Shown piece after piece: positions 1 to 15,000 of a stretch of DNA of 64,000 nt. The translations under genes and the position numbers were made by a program. Each line of letters opens with the position of its first letter. Position 1 is the stretch's first letter. Source of the DNA: Eledone cirrhosa (lineage: Eukaryota). The stretch spans positions 299,770,001-299,834,000 of the forward strand of contig OZ024743.1 in NCBI GenBank assembly GCA_964016885.1, read 5' to 3'. The notes under the pieces were generated by a model. The model had not been told where the DNA came from and made no database searches. It saw only the letters and a list, made by a program, of their open reading frames with translations.

Positions 1-3000
1 AAATACTGCAGGTAGCACATGGTAACATGAAATAAAATACGTCCCTCATCAGTGATTTGCCGAAGATCATAGATATTTCATTGCATTAAAAATCATATAT
101 CTCACTTCGGTGCAATAATAACCAAAATAAGTTATTAGGACAATTAAAACGCGTAAAGCGAGTGAGACAGGAGAACAACAGAAAATATAGCATACCGTGG
201 GAGAGAAACAAGCTTCAAAAATTATTCTGTTAGCGTAAGCTAGGTGAATATATGAGCGCTTAGAGAATAGTGCCAGCACAAACGAAGGCCATGGAGCAGA
301 GAGAGAAAAAATAGCGTGCGTGAGTGCAGGATGAAATGAAGAGAAGAGGGAGAAAAACAGTGAGTGAGTGAAAGTGTGAGGAAGAGTTAACGGACAAGAG
401 AGAGGGGGAGAAACAGAGAGAATGGGGGAACAGTAAGAGAGAGAGAAAAAAACACAGAATCGCAGTGGTAAATATATGTATTAAAATATAGAGAAAAATA
501 CTGCAGGTAGCACATGGTAACATGTAATAAAATACGTCCCTCATCAGTGATTTGCCGAAGATCACAGATATTTCATTGCATTAAAAATCATATATCTCAC
601 TTCGGTGCAATAATAACCAAAATAAGTTATTAGGACAATTAAAACGCGTAAAGCGAGTGAGACAGGAGAACAACAGAAAATATAGCATACCGTGGGAGAG
701 AAACAAGCTTCAAAAATTATTCTGTTAGCGTAAGCTAGGTGAATATATGAGCGCTTAGAGAATAGTGCCAGCACAAACGAAGGCCATTGAGCAGAGAGAG
801 AAAAAATAGCGTCCGTGAGTGCAGGATGAAATGAAGAGAAGAGGGAGAAAAACAGTGAGTGAGTGAAAGTGTGAGGAAGAGTTAACGGACAAGACAGAGG
901 GGGAGAAACAGAGAGAATGGGGGAACAGTAAGAGAGAGAGAAAAAAACACAGAATCGCAGTGGTAAATATATGTATTAAAATATAGAGAAAAATACTGCA
1001 GGTAGCACATGGTAACATGAAATAAAATACGTCCCTCATCAGTGATTTGCCGAAGATCATAGATATTTCATTGCATTAAAAATCATATATCTCACTTCGG
1101 TGCAATAATAACCAAAATAAGTTATTAGGACAATTAAAACGCGTAAAGCGAGTGAGACAGGAGAACAACAGAAAATATAGCATACCGTGGGAGAGAAACA
1201 AGCTTCAAAAATTATTCTGTTAGCGTAAGCTAGGTGAATATATGAGCGCTTAGAGAATAGTGCCAGCACAAACGAAGGCCATTGAGCAGAGAGAGAAAAA
1301 ATAGCGTCCGTGAGTGCAGGATGAAATGAAGAGAAGAGGGAGAAAAACAGTGAGTGAGTGAAAGTGTGAGGAAGAGTTAACGGTCAAGAGAGAGGGGGAG
1401 AAACAGAGAGAATGGGGGAACAGTAAGAGAGAGAGAAAAAAACACAGTATCGCAGTGGTAAATATATGTATTAAAATATAGAGAAAAATACTGCAGGTAG
1501 CACATGGTAACATGTAATAAAATACGTCCCTCATCAGTGATTTGCCGAAGATCATAGATATTTCATTGCATTAAAAATCATATATCTCACTTCGGTGCAA
1601 TAATAACCAAAATAAGTTATTAGGACAATTAAAACGCGTAAAGCGAGTGAGACAGGAGAACAACAGAAAATATAGCATACCGTGAGAGAGAAACAAGCTT
1701 CTAAAATTATTCTGTTAGCGTAAGCTAGGTGAATATATGAGCGCTTAGAGAATAGTGCCAGCACGAACGAAGGCCATTGAGCAGAGAGAGAAAAAATAGC
1801 GTCCGTGAGTGCAGGATGAAATGAAGAGAAGAGGGAGAAAAACAGTGAGTGAGTGAAAGTGTGAGGAAGAGTTAACGGACAAGACAGAGGGGGGGAAACA
1901 GAGAGAATGGGGAACAGTAAGAGAGAGAGAAAAAAACACAGAATCGCAGTGGTAAATATATGTATTAAAATATAGAGAAAAATACTGCAGGTAGCACATG
2001 GTAACATGTAATAAAATACGTCCCTCATCAGTGATTTGCCGAAGATCATAGATATTTCATTGCATTAAAAATCATATATCTCACTTCAGTGCAATAATAA
2101 CCAAAATAAGTTATTAGGACAATTAAAACGCGTAAAGCGAGTGAGACAGGAGAACAACAGAAAATATAGCATACCGTGGGAGAGAAACAAGCTTCAAAAA
2201 TTATTCTGTTAGCGTAAGCTAGGTGAATATATGAGCGCTTAGAGAATAGTGCCAGCACGAACGAAGGCCATTGAGCAGAGAGAGAAAAATAGCGTCCGTG
2301 AGTGCAGGATGAAATGAAGAGAAGAGGGAGAAAAACAGTGAGTGAGTGAAAGTGTGAGGAAGAGTTAACGGACAAGACAGAGGGGGAGAAACAGAGAGAA
2401 TGGGGAACAGTAAGAGAGAGAGAAAAAAAACACAGAATCGCAATGGTAAATATATGTATTAAAATATAGAGAAAAATACTGCAGGTAGCACATGGTAACA
2501 TGTAATAAAATACGTCCCTCGTCAGTGATTTGCCGAAGATCATAGATATTTCATTGCATTAAAAATCATATATCTCACTTCGGTGCAATAATAACCAAAA
2601 TAAGTTATTAGGACAATTAAAACGCGTAAAGCGAGTGAGACAGGAGAACAACAGAAAATATAGCATACCGTGGGAGAGAAACAAGCTTCAAAAATTATTC
2701 TGTTAGCGTAAGCTAGGTGAATATATGAGCGCTTAGAGAATAGTGCCAGCACAAACGAAGGCCATGGAGCAGAGAGAGAAAAAATAGCGTCCGTGAGTGC
2801 AGGATGAACTGAAGAGAAGAGGGAGAAAAACAGTGAGTGAGTGAAAGTGTGAGGAAGAGTTAACGGACAAGACAGAGGGGGAGAAACAGAGAGAATGGGG
2901 GAACAGTAAGAGAGAGAGAAAAAAACACAGAATCGCAGTGGTAAATATATGTATTAAAATATAGAGAAAAATACTGCAGGTAGCACATGGTAACATGTAA

Positions 3001-6000
3001 TAAAATACGTCCCTCATCAGTGATTTGCCGAAGATCATAGATATTTCATTGCATTAAAAATCATATATCTCACTTCGGTGCAATAATAACCAAAATAAGT
3101 TATTAGGACAATTAAAACGCGTAAAGCGAGTGAGACAGGAGAACAACAGAAAATATAGCATACCGTGGGAGAGAAACAAGCTTCTAAAATTATTCTGTTA
3201 GCGTAAGCTAGGTGAATATATGAGCGCTTAGAGAATAGTGCCAGCACGAACGAAGGCCATTGAGCAGAGAGAGAAAAAATAGCGTCCGTGAGTGCAGGAT
3301 GAAATGAAGAGAAGAGGGAGAAAAACAGTGAGTGAGTGAAAGTGTGAGGAAGAGTTAACGGACAAGACAGAGGGGGGGAAACAGAGAGAGTGGGGAACAG
3401 TAAGAGAGAGAGAAAAAAACACAGAATCGCAGTGGTAAATATATGTATTAAAATATAGAGAAAAATACTGCAGGTAGCACATGGTAACATGTAATAAAAT
3501 ACGTCCCTCATCAGTGATTTGCCGAAGATCATAGATATTTCATTGCATTAAAAATCATATATCTCACTTCAGTGCAATAATAACCAAAATAAGTTATTAG
3601 GACAATTAAAACGCGTAAAGCGAGTGAGACAGGAGAACAACAGAAAATATAGCATACCGTGGGAGAGAAACAAGCTTCAAAAATTATTCTGTTAGCGTAA
3701 GCTAGGTGAATATATGAGCGCTTAGAGAATAGTGCCAGCACGAACGAAGGCCATTGAGCAGAGAGAGAAAAATAGCGTCCGTGAGTGCAGGATGAAATGA
3801 AGAGAAGAGGGAGAAAAACAGTGAGTGAGTGAAAGTGTGAGGAAGAGTTAACGGACAAGACAGAGGGGGAGAAACAGAGAGAATGGGGAACAGTAAGAGA
3901 GAGAGAAAAAAAACACAGAATCGCAATGGTAAATATATGTATTAAAATATAGAGAAAAATACTGCAGGTAGCACATGGTAACATGTAATAAAATACGTCC
4001 CTCATCAGTGATTTGCCGAAGATCATAGATATTTCATTGCATTAAAAATCATAAATCTCACTTCGGTGCAATAATAACCAAAATAAGTTATTAGGACAAT
4101 TAAAACGCGTAAAGCGAGTGAGACAGGAGAACAACAGAAAATATAGCATACCGTGGGAGAGAAACAAGCTTCAAAAATTATTCTGTTAGCGTAAGCTAGG
4201 TGAATATATGAGCGCTTAGAGAATAGTGCCAGCACGAACGAAGGCCATTGAGCAGAGAGAGAAAAAATAGCGTCCGTGAGTGCAGGATGAAATGAAGAGA
4301 TGAGGGAGAAAAACAGTGAGTGAGTGAAAGTGTGAGGAAGAGTTAACGGACAAGACAGAGGGGGGGGAAACAGAGAGAATGGGGAACAGTAAGAGAGAGA
4401 GAAAAAAACACAGAATCGCAGTGGTAAATATATCTATTAAAATATAGAGAAAAATACTGCAGGTAGCACATGGTAACATGTAATAAAATACGTCCCTCAT
4501 CAGTGATTTGCCGAAGATCATAGATATTTCATTGCATTAAAAATCATATATCTCACTTCGGTGCAATAATAACCAAAATAAGTTATTAGGACAATTAAAA
4601 CGCGTAAAGCGAGTGAGACAGGAGAACAACAGAAAATATAGCATACCGTGGGAGAGAAACAAGCTTCAAAAATTATTCTGTTAGCGTAAGCTAGGTGAAT
4701 ATATGAGCGCTTAGAGAATAGTGCCAGCACAAACGAAGGCCATGGAGCAGAGAGAGAAAAAATAGCGTCCGTGAGTGCAGGATGAAATGAAGAGAAGAGG
4801 GAGAAAAACAGTGAGTGAGTGAAAGTGTGAGGAAGAGTTAACGGACAAGACAGAGGGGGAGAAACAGAGAGAATGGGGGAACAGTAAGAGAGAGAGAAAA
4901 AACACAGGATCGCAGTGGTAAATATATGTATTAAAATATAGAGAAAAATACTGCAGGTAGCACATGGTAACATGTAATAAAATACGTCCCTCATCAGTGA
5001 TTTGCCGAAGATCATAGATATTTCATTGCATTAAAAATCATATATCTCACTTCGGTGCAATAATAACCAAAATAAGTTATTAGAACAATTAAAACGCGTA
5101 AAGCGAGTGAGACAGGAGAACAACAGAAAATATAGCATACCGTGGGAGAGAAACAAGCTTCAAAAATTATTCTGTTAGCGTAAGCTAGGTGAATATATGA
5201 GCGCTTAGAGAATAGTGCCAGCACGAACGAAGGCCATTGAGCAGAGAGAGAAAAAATAGCGTTCGTGAGTGCAGGATGAAATGAAGAGAAGAGGGAGAAA
5301 AACAGTGAGTGAGTGAAAGTGTGAGGAAGAGTTAACGGACAAGACAGAGGGGAAGAAACAGAGAGAATGGGGGGAACAGTAAGAGAGAGAGAAAAAAACA
5401 CAGAATCGCAGTGGTAAATATATGTATTAAAATATAGAGAAAAATACTGCAGGTAGCACATGGTAACATGTAATAAAATACGTCCCTCATCAGTGATTTG
5501 CCGAAGATCATAGATATTTCATTGCATTAAAAATCATATATCTCACTTCGGTGCAATAATAACCAAAATAAGTTATTAGGACAATTAAAACGCGTAAAGC
5601 GAGTGAGACAGGAGAACAACAGAAAATATAGCATACCGTGGGAGAGAAACAAGCTTCAAAAATTATTCTGTTAGCGTAAGCTAGGTGAATATATGAGCGC
5701 TTAGAGAATAGTGCCAGCACAAACGAAGGCCATTGAGCAGAGAGAGAAAAAATAGCGTCCGTGAGTGCAGGATGAAATGAAGAGAAGAGGGAGAAAAACA
5801 GTGAGTGAGTGAAAGTGTGAGGAAGAGTTAACGGACAAGACAGAGGGGGAGAAACAGAGAGAATGGGGGAACAGTAAGAGAGAGAGAAAAAAACACAGAA
5901 TCGCAGTGGTAAATATATGTATTAAAATATAGAGAAAAATACTGCAGGTAGCACATGGTAACATGAAATAAAATACGTCCCTCATCAGTGATTTGCCGAA

Positions 6001-9000
6001 GATCATAGATATTTCATTGCATTAAAAATCATATATCTCACTTCGGTGCAATAATAACCAAAATAAGTTATTAGGACAATTAAAACGCGTAAAGCGAGTG
6101 AGACAGGAGAACAACAGAAAATATAGCATACCGTGGGAGAGAAACAAGCTTCAAAAATTATTCTGTTAGCGTAAGCTAGGTGAATATATGAGCGCTTAGA
6201 GAATAGTGCCAGCACAAACGAAGGCCATGGAGCAGAGAGAGAAAAAATAGCGTGCGTGAGTGCAGGATGAAATGAAGAGAAGAGGGAGAAAAACAGTGAG
6301 TGAGTGAAAGTGTGAGGAAGAGTTAACGGACAAGAGAGAGGGGGAGAAACAGAGAGAATGGGGGAACAGTAAGAGAGAGAGAAAAAACACAGGATCGCAG
6401 TGGTAAATATATGTATTAAAATATAGAGAAAAATACTGCAGGTAGCACATGGTAACATGTAATAAAATACGTCCCTCATCAGTGATTTGCCGAAGATCAT
6501 AGATATTTCATTGCATTAAAAATCATATATCTCACTTCGGTGCAATAATAACCAAAATAAGTTATTAGAACAATTAAAACGCGTAAAGCGAGTGAGACAG
6601 GAGAACAACAGAAAATATAGCATACCGTGGGAGAGAAACAAGCTTCAAAAATTATTCTGTTAGCGTAAGCTAGGTGAATATATGAGCGCTTAGAGAATAG
6701 TGCCAGCACGAACGAAGGCCATTGAGCAGAGAGAGAAAAAATAGCGTTCGTGAGTGCAGGATGAAATGAAGAGAAGAGGGAGAAAAACAGTGAGTGAGTG
6801 AAAGTGTGAGGAAGAGTTAACGGACAAGACAGAGGGGAAGAAACAGAGAGAATGGGGGGAACAGTAAGAGAGAGAGAAAAAAACACAGAATCGCAGTGGT
6901 AAATATATGTATTAAAATATAGAGAAAAATACTGCAGGTAGCACATGGTAACATGTAATAAAATACGTCCCTCATCAGTGATTTGCCGAAGATCATAGAT
7001 ATTTCATTGCATTAAAAATCATATATCTCACTTCGGTGCAATAATAACCAAAATAAGTTATTAGGACAATTAAAACGCGTAAAGCGAGTGAGACAGGAGA
7101 ACAACAGAAAATATAGCATACCGTGGGAGAGAAACAAGCTTCAAAAATTATTCTGTTAGCGTAAGCTAGGTGAATATATGAGCGCTTAGAGAATAGTGCC
7201 AGCACAAACGAAGGCCATTGAGCAGAGAGAGAAAAAATAGCGTCCGTGAGTGCAGGATGAAATGAAGAGAAGAGGGAGAAAAACAGTGAGTGAGTGAAAG
7301 TGTGAGGAAGAGTTAACGGACAAGACAGAGGGGGAGAAACAGAGAGAATGGGGGAACAGTAAGAGAGAGAGAAAAAAACACAGAATCGCAGTGGTAAATA
7401 TATGTATTAAAATATAGAGAAAAATACTGCAGGTAGCACATGGTAACATGAAATAAAATACGTCCCTCATCAGTGATTTGCCGAAGATCATAGATATTTC
7501 ATTGCATTAAAAATCATATATCTCACTTCGGTGCAATAATAACCAAAATAAGTTATTAGGACAATTAAAACGCGTAAAGCGAGTGAGACAGGAGAACAAC
7601 AGAAAATATAGCATACCGTGGGAGAGAAACAAGCTTCAAAAATTATTCTGTTAGCGTAAGCTAGGTGAATATATGAGCGCTTAGAGAATAGTGCCAGCAC
7701 AAACGAAGGCCATGGAGCAGAGAGAGAAAAAATAGCGTGCGTGAGTGCAGGATGAAATGAAGAGAAGAGGGAGAAAAACAGTGAGTGAGTGAAAGTGTGA
7801 GGAAGAGTTAACGGACAAGAGAGAGGGGGAGAAACAGAGAGAATGGGGGAACAGTAAGAGAGAGAGAAAAAAACACAGAATCGCAGTGGTAAATATATGT
7901 ATTAAAATATAGAGAAAAATACTGCAGGTAGCACATGGTAACATGTAATAAAATACGTCCCTCATCAGTGATTTGCCGAAGATCACAGATATTTCATTGC
8001 ATTAAAAATCATATATCTCACTTCGGTGCAATAATAACCAAAATAAGTTATTAGGACAATTAAAACGCGTAAAGCGAGTGAGACAGGAGAACAACAGAAA
8101 ATATAGCATACCGTGGGAGAGAAACAAGCTTCAAAAATTATTCTGTTAGCGTAAGCTAGGTGAATATATGAGCGCTTAGAGAATAGTGCCAGCACAAACG
8201 AAGGCCATTGAGCAGAGAGAGAAAAAATAGCGTCCGTGAGTGCAGGATGAAATGAAGAGAAGAGGGAGAAAAACAGTGAGTGAGTGAAAGTGTGAGGAAG
8301 AGTTAACGGACAAGACAGAGGGGGAGAAACAGAGAGAATGGGGGAACAGTAAGAGAGAGAGAAAAAAACACAGAATCGCAGTGGTAAATATATGTATTAA
8401 AATATAGAGAAAAATACTGCAGGTAGCACATGGTAACATGAAATAAAATACGTCCCTCATCAGTGATTTGCCGAAGATCATAGATATTTCATTGCATTAA
8501 AAATCATATATCTCACTTCGGTGCAATAATAACCAAAATAAGTTATTAGGACAATTAAAACGCGTAAAGCGAGTGAGACAGGAGAACAACAGAAAATATA
8601 GCATACCGTGGGAGAGAAACAAGCTTCAAAAATTATTCTGTTAGCGTAAGCTAGGTGAATATATGAGCGCTTAGAGAATAGTGCCAGCACAAACGAAGGC
8701 CATTGAGCAGAGAGAGAAAAAATAGCGTCCGTGAGTGCAGGATGAAATGAAGAGAAGAGGGAGAAAAACAGTGAGTGAGTGAAAGTGTGAGGAAGAGTTA
8801 ACGGTCAAGAGAGAGGGGGAGAAACAGAGAGAATGGGGGAACAGTAAGAGAGAGAGAAAAAAACACAGTATCGCAGTGGTAAATATATGTATTAAAATAT
8901 AGAGAAAAATACTGCAGGTAGCACATGGTAACATGTAATAAAATACGTCCCTCATCAGTGATTTGCCGAAGATCATAGATATTTCATTGCATTAAAAATC

Positions 9001-12000
9001 ATATATCTCACTTCGGTGCAATAATAACCAAAATAAGTTATTAGGACAATTAAAACGCGTAAAGCGAGTGAGACAGGAGAACAACAGAAAATATAGCATA
9101 CCGTGGGAGAGAAACAAGCTTCAAAAATTATTCTGTTAGCGTAAGCTAGGTGAATATATGAGCGCTTAGAGAATAGTGCCAGCACAAACGAAGGCCATTG
9201 AGCAGAGAGAGAAAAAATAGCGTCCGTGAGTGCAGGATGAAATGAAGAGAAGAGGGAGAAAAACAGTGAGTGAGTGAAAGTGTGAGGAAGAGTTAACGGA
9301 CAAGACAGAGGGGGAGAAACAGAGAGAATGGGGGAACAGTAAGAGAGAGAGAAAAAAACACAGAATCGCAGTGGTAAATATATGTATTAAAATATAGAGA
9401 AAAATACTGCAGGTAGCACATGGTAACATGAAATAAAATACGTCCCTCATCAGTGATTTGCCGAAGATCATAGATATTTCATTGCATTAAAAATCATATA
9501 TCTCACTTCGGTGCAATAATAACCAAAATAAGTTATTAGGACAATTAAAACGCGTAAAGCGAGTGAGACAGGAGAACAACAGAAAATATAGCATACCGTG
9601 GGAGAGAAACAAGCTTCAAAAATTATTCTGTTAGCGTAAGCTAGGTGAATATATGAGCGCTTAGAGAATAGTGCCAGCACAAACGAAGGCCATGGAGCAG
9701 AGAGAGAAAAAATAGCGTCCGTGAGTGCAGGATGAAATGAAGAGAAGAGGGAGAAAAACAGTGAGTGAGTGAAAGTGTGAGGAAGAGTTAACGGACAAGA
9801 GAGAGGGGGAGAAACAGAGAGAATGGGGGAACAGTAAGAGAGAGAGAAAAAAACACAGAATCGCAGTGGTAAATATATGTATTAAAATATAGAGAAAAAT
9901 ACTGCAGGTAGCACATGGTAACATGTAATAAAATACGTCCCTCATCAGTGATTTGCCGAAGATCATAGATATTTCATTGCATTAAAAATCATATATCTCA
10001 CTTCGGTGCAATAATAACCAAAATAAGTTATTAGGACAATTAAAACGCGTAAAGCGAGTGACACAGGAGAACAACAGAAAATATAGCATACCGTGGGAGA
10101 GAAACAAGCTTCAAAAATTATTCTGTTAGCGTAAGCTAGGTGAATATATGAGCGCTTAGAGAATAGTGCCAGCACAAACGAAGGCCATTGAGCAGAGAGA
10201 GAAAAAATAGCGTCCGTGAGTGCAGGATGAAATGAAGAGAAGAGGGAGAAAAACAGTGAGTGAGTGAAAGTGTGAGGAAGAGTTAACGGACAAGACAGAG
10301 GGGGAGAAACAGAGAGAATGGGGGAACAGTAAGAGAGAGAGAAAAAAACACAGAATCGCAGTGGTAAATATATGTATTAAAATATAGAGAAAAATACTGC
10401 AGGTAGCACATGGTAACATGAAATAAAATACGTCCCTCATCAGTGATTTGCCGAAGATCATAGATATTTCATTGCATTAAAAATCATATATCTCACTTCG
10501 GTGCAATAATAACCAAAATAAGTTATTAGGACAATTAAAACGCGTAAAGCGAGTGAGACAGGAGAACAACAGAAAATATAGCATACCGTGGGAGAGAAAC
10601 AAGCTTCAAAAATTATTCTGTTAGCGTAAGGTAGGTGAATATATGAGCGCTTAGAGAATAGTGCCAGCACAAACGAAGGCCATGGAGCAGAGAGAGAAAA
10701 AATAGCGTCCGTGAGTGCAGGATGAAATGAAGAGAAGAGGGAGAAAAACAGTGAGTGAGTGAAAGTGTGAGGAAGAGTTAACGGACAAGAGAGAGGGGGA
10801 GAAACAGAGAGAATGGGGGAACAGTAAGAGAGAGAGAAAAAAACACAGAATCGCAGTGGTAAATATATGTATTAAATATAGAGAAAAATACTGCAGGTAG
10901 CACATGGTAACATGAAATAAAATACGTCCCTCATCAGTGATTTGCCGAAGATCATAGATATTTCATTGCATTAAAAATCATATATCTCACTTCGGTGCAA
11001 TAATAACCAAAATAAGTTATTAGGACAATTAAAACGCGTAAAGCGAGTGAGACAGGAGAACAACAGAAAATATAGCATACCGTGGGAGAGAAACAAGCTT
11101 CAAAAATTATTCTGTTAGCGTAAGCTAGGTGAATATATGAGCGCTTAGAGAATAGTGCCAGCACAAACGAAGGCCATTGAGCAGAGAGAGAAAAAATAGC
11201 GTCCGTGAGTGCAGGATGAAATGAAGAGAAGAGGGAGAAAAACAGTGAGTGAGTGAAAGTGTGAGGAAGAGTTAACGGACAAGACAGAGGGGGAGAAACA
11301 GAGAGAATGGGGGAACAGTAAGAGAGAGAGAAAAAAACACAGAATCGCAGTGGTAAATATATGTATTAAAATATAGAGAAAAATACTGCAGGTAGCACAT
11401 GGTAACATGAAATAAAATACGTCCCTCATCAGTGATTTGCCGAAGATCATAGATATTTCATTGCATTAAAAATCATATATCTCACTTCGGTGCAATAATA
11501 ACCAAAATAAGTTATTAGGACAATTAAAACGCGTAAAGCGAGTGAGACAGGAGAACAACAAAAAATATAGCATACCGTGGGAGAGAAACAAGCTTCAAAA
11601 ATTATTCTGTTAGCGTAAGCTAGGTGAATATATGAGCGCTTAGAGAATAGTGCCAGCACAAACGAAGGCCATTGAGCAGAGAGAGAAAAAATAGCGTCCG
11701 TGAGTGCAGGATGAAATGAAGAGAAGAGGGAGAAAAACAGTGAGTGAGTGAAAGTGTGAGGAAGAGTTAACGGACAAGAGAGAGGGGGAGAAACAGAGAG
11801 AATGGGGGAACAGTAAGAGAGAGAGAAAAAAACACAGAATCGCAGTGGTAAATATATGTATTAAAATATAGAGAAAAATACTGCAGGTAGCACATGGTAA
11901 CATGTAATAAAATACGTCCCTCATCAGCGATTTGCCGAAGATCATAGATATTTCATTGCATTAAAAATCATATATCTCACTTCGGTGCAATAATAACCAA

Positions 12001-15000
12001 AATAAGTTATTAGGACAATTAAAACGCGTAAAGCGAGTGAGACAGGAGAACAACAGAAAATATAGCATACCGTGGGAGAGAAACAAGCTTCAAAAATTAT
12101 TCTGTTAGCGTAAGCTAGGTGAATATATGAGCGCTTAGAGAATAGTGCCAGCACAAACGAAGGCCATTGAGCAGAGAGAGAAAAAATAGCGTCCGTGAGT
12201 GCAGGATGAAATGAAGAGAAGAGGGAGAAAAACAGTGAGTGAGTGAAAGTGTGAGGAAGAGTTAACGGACAAGAGAGAGGGGGAGAAACAGAGAGAATGG
12301 GGGAACAGTAAGAGAGAGAGAAAAAAACACAGAATCGCAGTGGTAAATATATGTATTAAAATATAGAGAAAAATACTGCAGGTAGCACATGGTAACATGT
12401 AATAAAATACGTCCCTCATCAGTGATTTGCCGAAGATCATAGATATTTCATTGCATTAAAAATCATATATCTCACTTCGGTGCAATAATAACCAAAATAA
12501 GTTATTAGGACAATTAAAACGCGTAAAGCGAGTGAGACAGGAGAACAACAGAAAATATAGCATACCGTGGGAGAGAAACAAGCTTCAAAAATTATTCTGT
12601 TAGCGTAAGCTAGGTGAATATATGAGCGCTTAGAGAATAGTGCCAGCACAAACGAAGGCCATTGAGCAGAGAGAAAAAAAATAGCGTCCGTGAGTGCAGG
12701 ATGAAATGAAGAGAAGAGGGAGAAAAACAGTGAGTGAGTGAAAGTGTGAGGAAGAGTTAACGGACAAGACAGAGGGGGAGAAACAGAGAGAATGGGGGAA
12801 CAGTAAGAGAGAGAGAAAAAAACACAGAATCGCAGTGGTAAATATATGTATTAAAATATAGAGAAAAATACTGCAGGTAGCACATGGTAACATGAAATAA
12901 AATACGTCCCTCATCAGTGATTTGCCGAAGATCATAGATATTTCATTGCATTAAAAATCATATATCTCACTTCGGTGCAATAATAACCAAAATAAGTTAT
13001 TAGGACAATTAAAACGCGTAAAGCGAGTGAGACAGGAGAACAACAGAAAATATAGCATACCGTGGGAGAGAAACAAGCTTCAAAAATTATTCTGTTAGCG
13101 TAAGCTAGGTGAATATATGAGCGCTTAGAGAATAGTGCCAGCACAAACGAAGGCCATTGAGCAGAGAGAGAAAAAATAGCGTCCGTGAGTGCAGGATGAA
13201 ATGAAGAGAAGAGGGAGAAAAACAGTGAGTGAGTGAAAGTGTGAGGAAGAGTTAACGGACAAGACAGAGGGGGAGAAACAGAGAGAATGGGGGAACAGTA
13301 AGAGAGAGAGAAAAAAACACAGAATCGCAGTGGTAAATATATGTATTAAAATATAGAGAAAAATACTGCAGGTAGCACATGGTAACATGAAATAAAATAC
13401 GTCCCTCATCAGTGATTTGCCGAAGATCATAGATATTTCATTGCATTAAAAATCATATATCTCACTTCGGTGCAATAATAACCAAAATAAGTTATTAGGA
13501 CAATTAAAACGCGTAAAGCGAGTGAGACAGGAGAACAACAGAAAATATAGCATACCGTGGGAGAGAAACAAGCTTCAAAAATTATTCTGTTAGCGTAAGC
13601 TAGGTGAATATATGAGCGCTTAGAGAATAGTGCCAGCACAAACGAAGGCCATGGAGCAGAGAGAGAAAAAATAGCGTCCGTGAGTGCAGGATGAAATGAA
13701 GAGAAGAGGGAGAAAAACAGTGAGTGAGTGAAAGTGTGAGGAAGAGTTAACGGACAAGAGAGAGGGGGAGAAACAGAGAGAATGGGGGAACAGTAAGAGA
13801 GAGAGAAAAAAACACAGAATCGCAGTGGTAAATATATGTATTAAAATATAGAGAAAAATACTGCAGGTAGCACATGGTAACATGTAATAAAATACGTCCC
13901 TCATCAGTGATTTGCCGAAGATCATAGATATTTCATTGCATTAAAAATCATATATCTCACTTCGGTGCAATAATAACCAAAATAAGTTATTAGGACAATT
14001 AAAACGCGTAAAGCGAGTGACACAGGAGAACAACAGAAAATATAGCATACCGTGGGAGAGAAACAAGCTTCAAAAATTATTCTGTTAGCGTAAGCTAGGT
14101 GAATATATGAGCGCTTAGAGAATAGTGCCAGCACAAACGAAGGCCATTGAGCAGAGAGAGAAAAAATAGCGTCCGTGAGTGCAGGATGAAATGAAGAGAA
14201 GAGGGAGAAAAACAGTGAGTGAGTGAAAGTGTGAGGAAGAGTTAACGGACAAGACAGAGGGGGAGAAACAGAGAGAATGGGGGAACAGTAAGAGAGAGAG
14301 AAAAAAACACAGAATCGCAGTGGTAAATATATGTATTAAAATATAGAGAAAAATACTGCAGGTAGCACATGGTAACATGAAATAAAATACGTCCCTCATC
14401 AGTGATTTGCCGAAGATCATAGATATTTCATTGCATTAAAAATCATATATCTCACTTCGGTGCAATAATAACCAAAATAAGTTATTAGGACAATTAAAAC
14501 GCGTAAAGCGAGTGAGACAGGAGAACAACAGAAAATATAGCATACCGTGGGAGAGAAACAAGCTTCAAAAATTATTCTGTTAGCGTAAGGTAGGTGAATA
14601 TATGAGCGCTTAGAGAATAGTGCCAGCACAAACGAAGGCCATGGAGCAGAGAGAGAAAAAATAGCGTCCGTGAGTGCAGGATGAAATGAAGAGAAGAGGG
14701 AGAAAAACAGTGAGTGAGTGAAAGTGTGAGGAAGAGTTAACGGACAAGAGAGAGGGGGAGAAACAGAGAGAATGGGGGAACAGTAAGAGAGAGAGAAAAA
14801 AACACAGAATCGCAGTGGTAAATATATGTATTAAATATAGAGAAAAATACTGCAGGTAGCACATGGTAACATGAAATAAAATACGTCCCTCATCAGTGAT
14901 TTGCCGAAGATCATAGATATTTCATTGCATTAAAAATCATATATCTCACTTCGGTGCAATAATAACCAAAATAAGTTATTAGGACAATTAAAACGCGTAA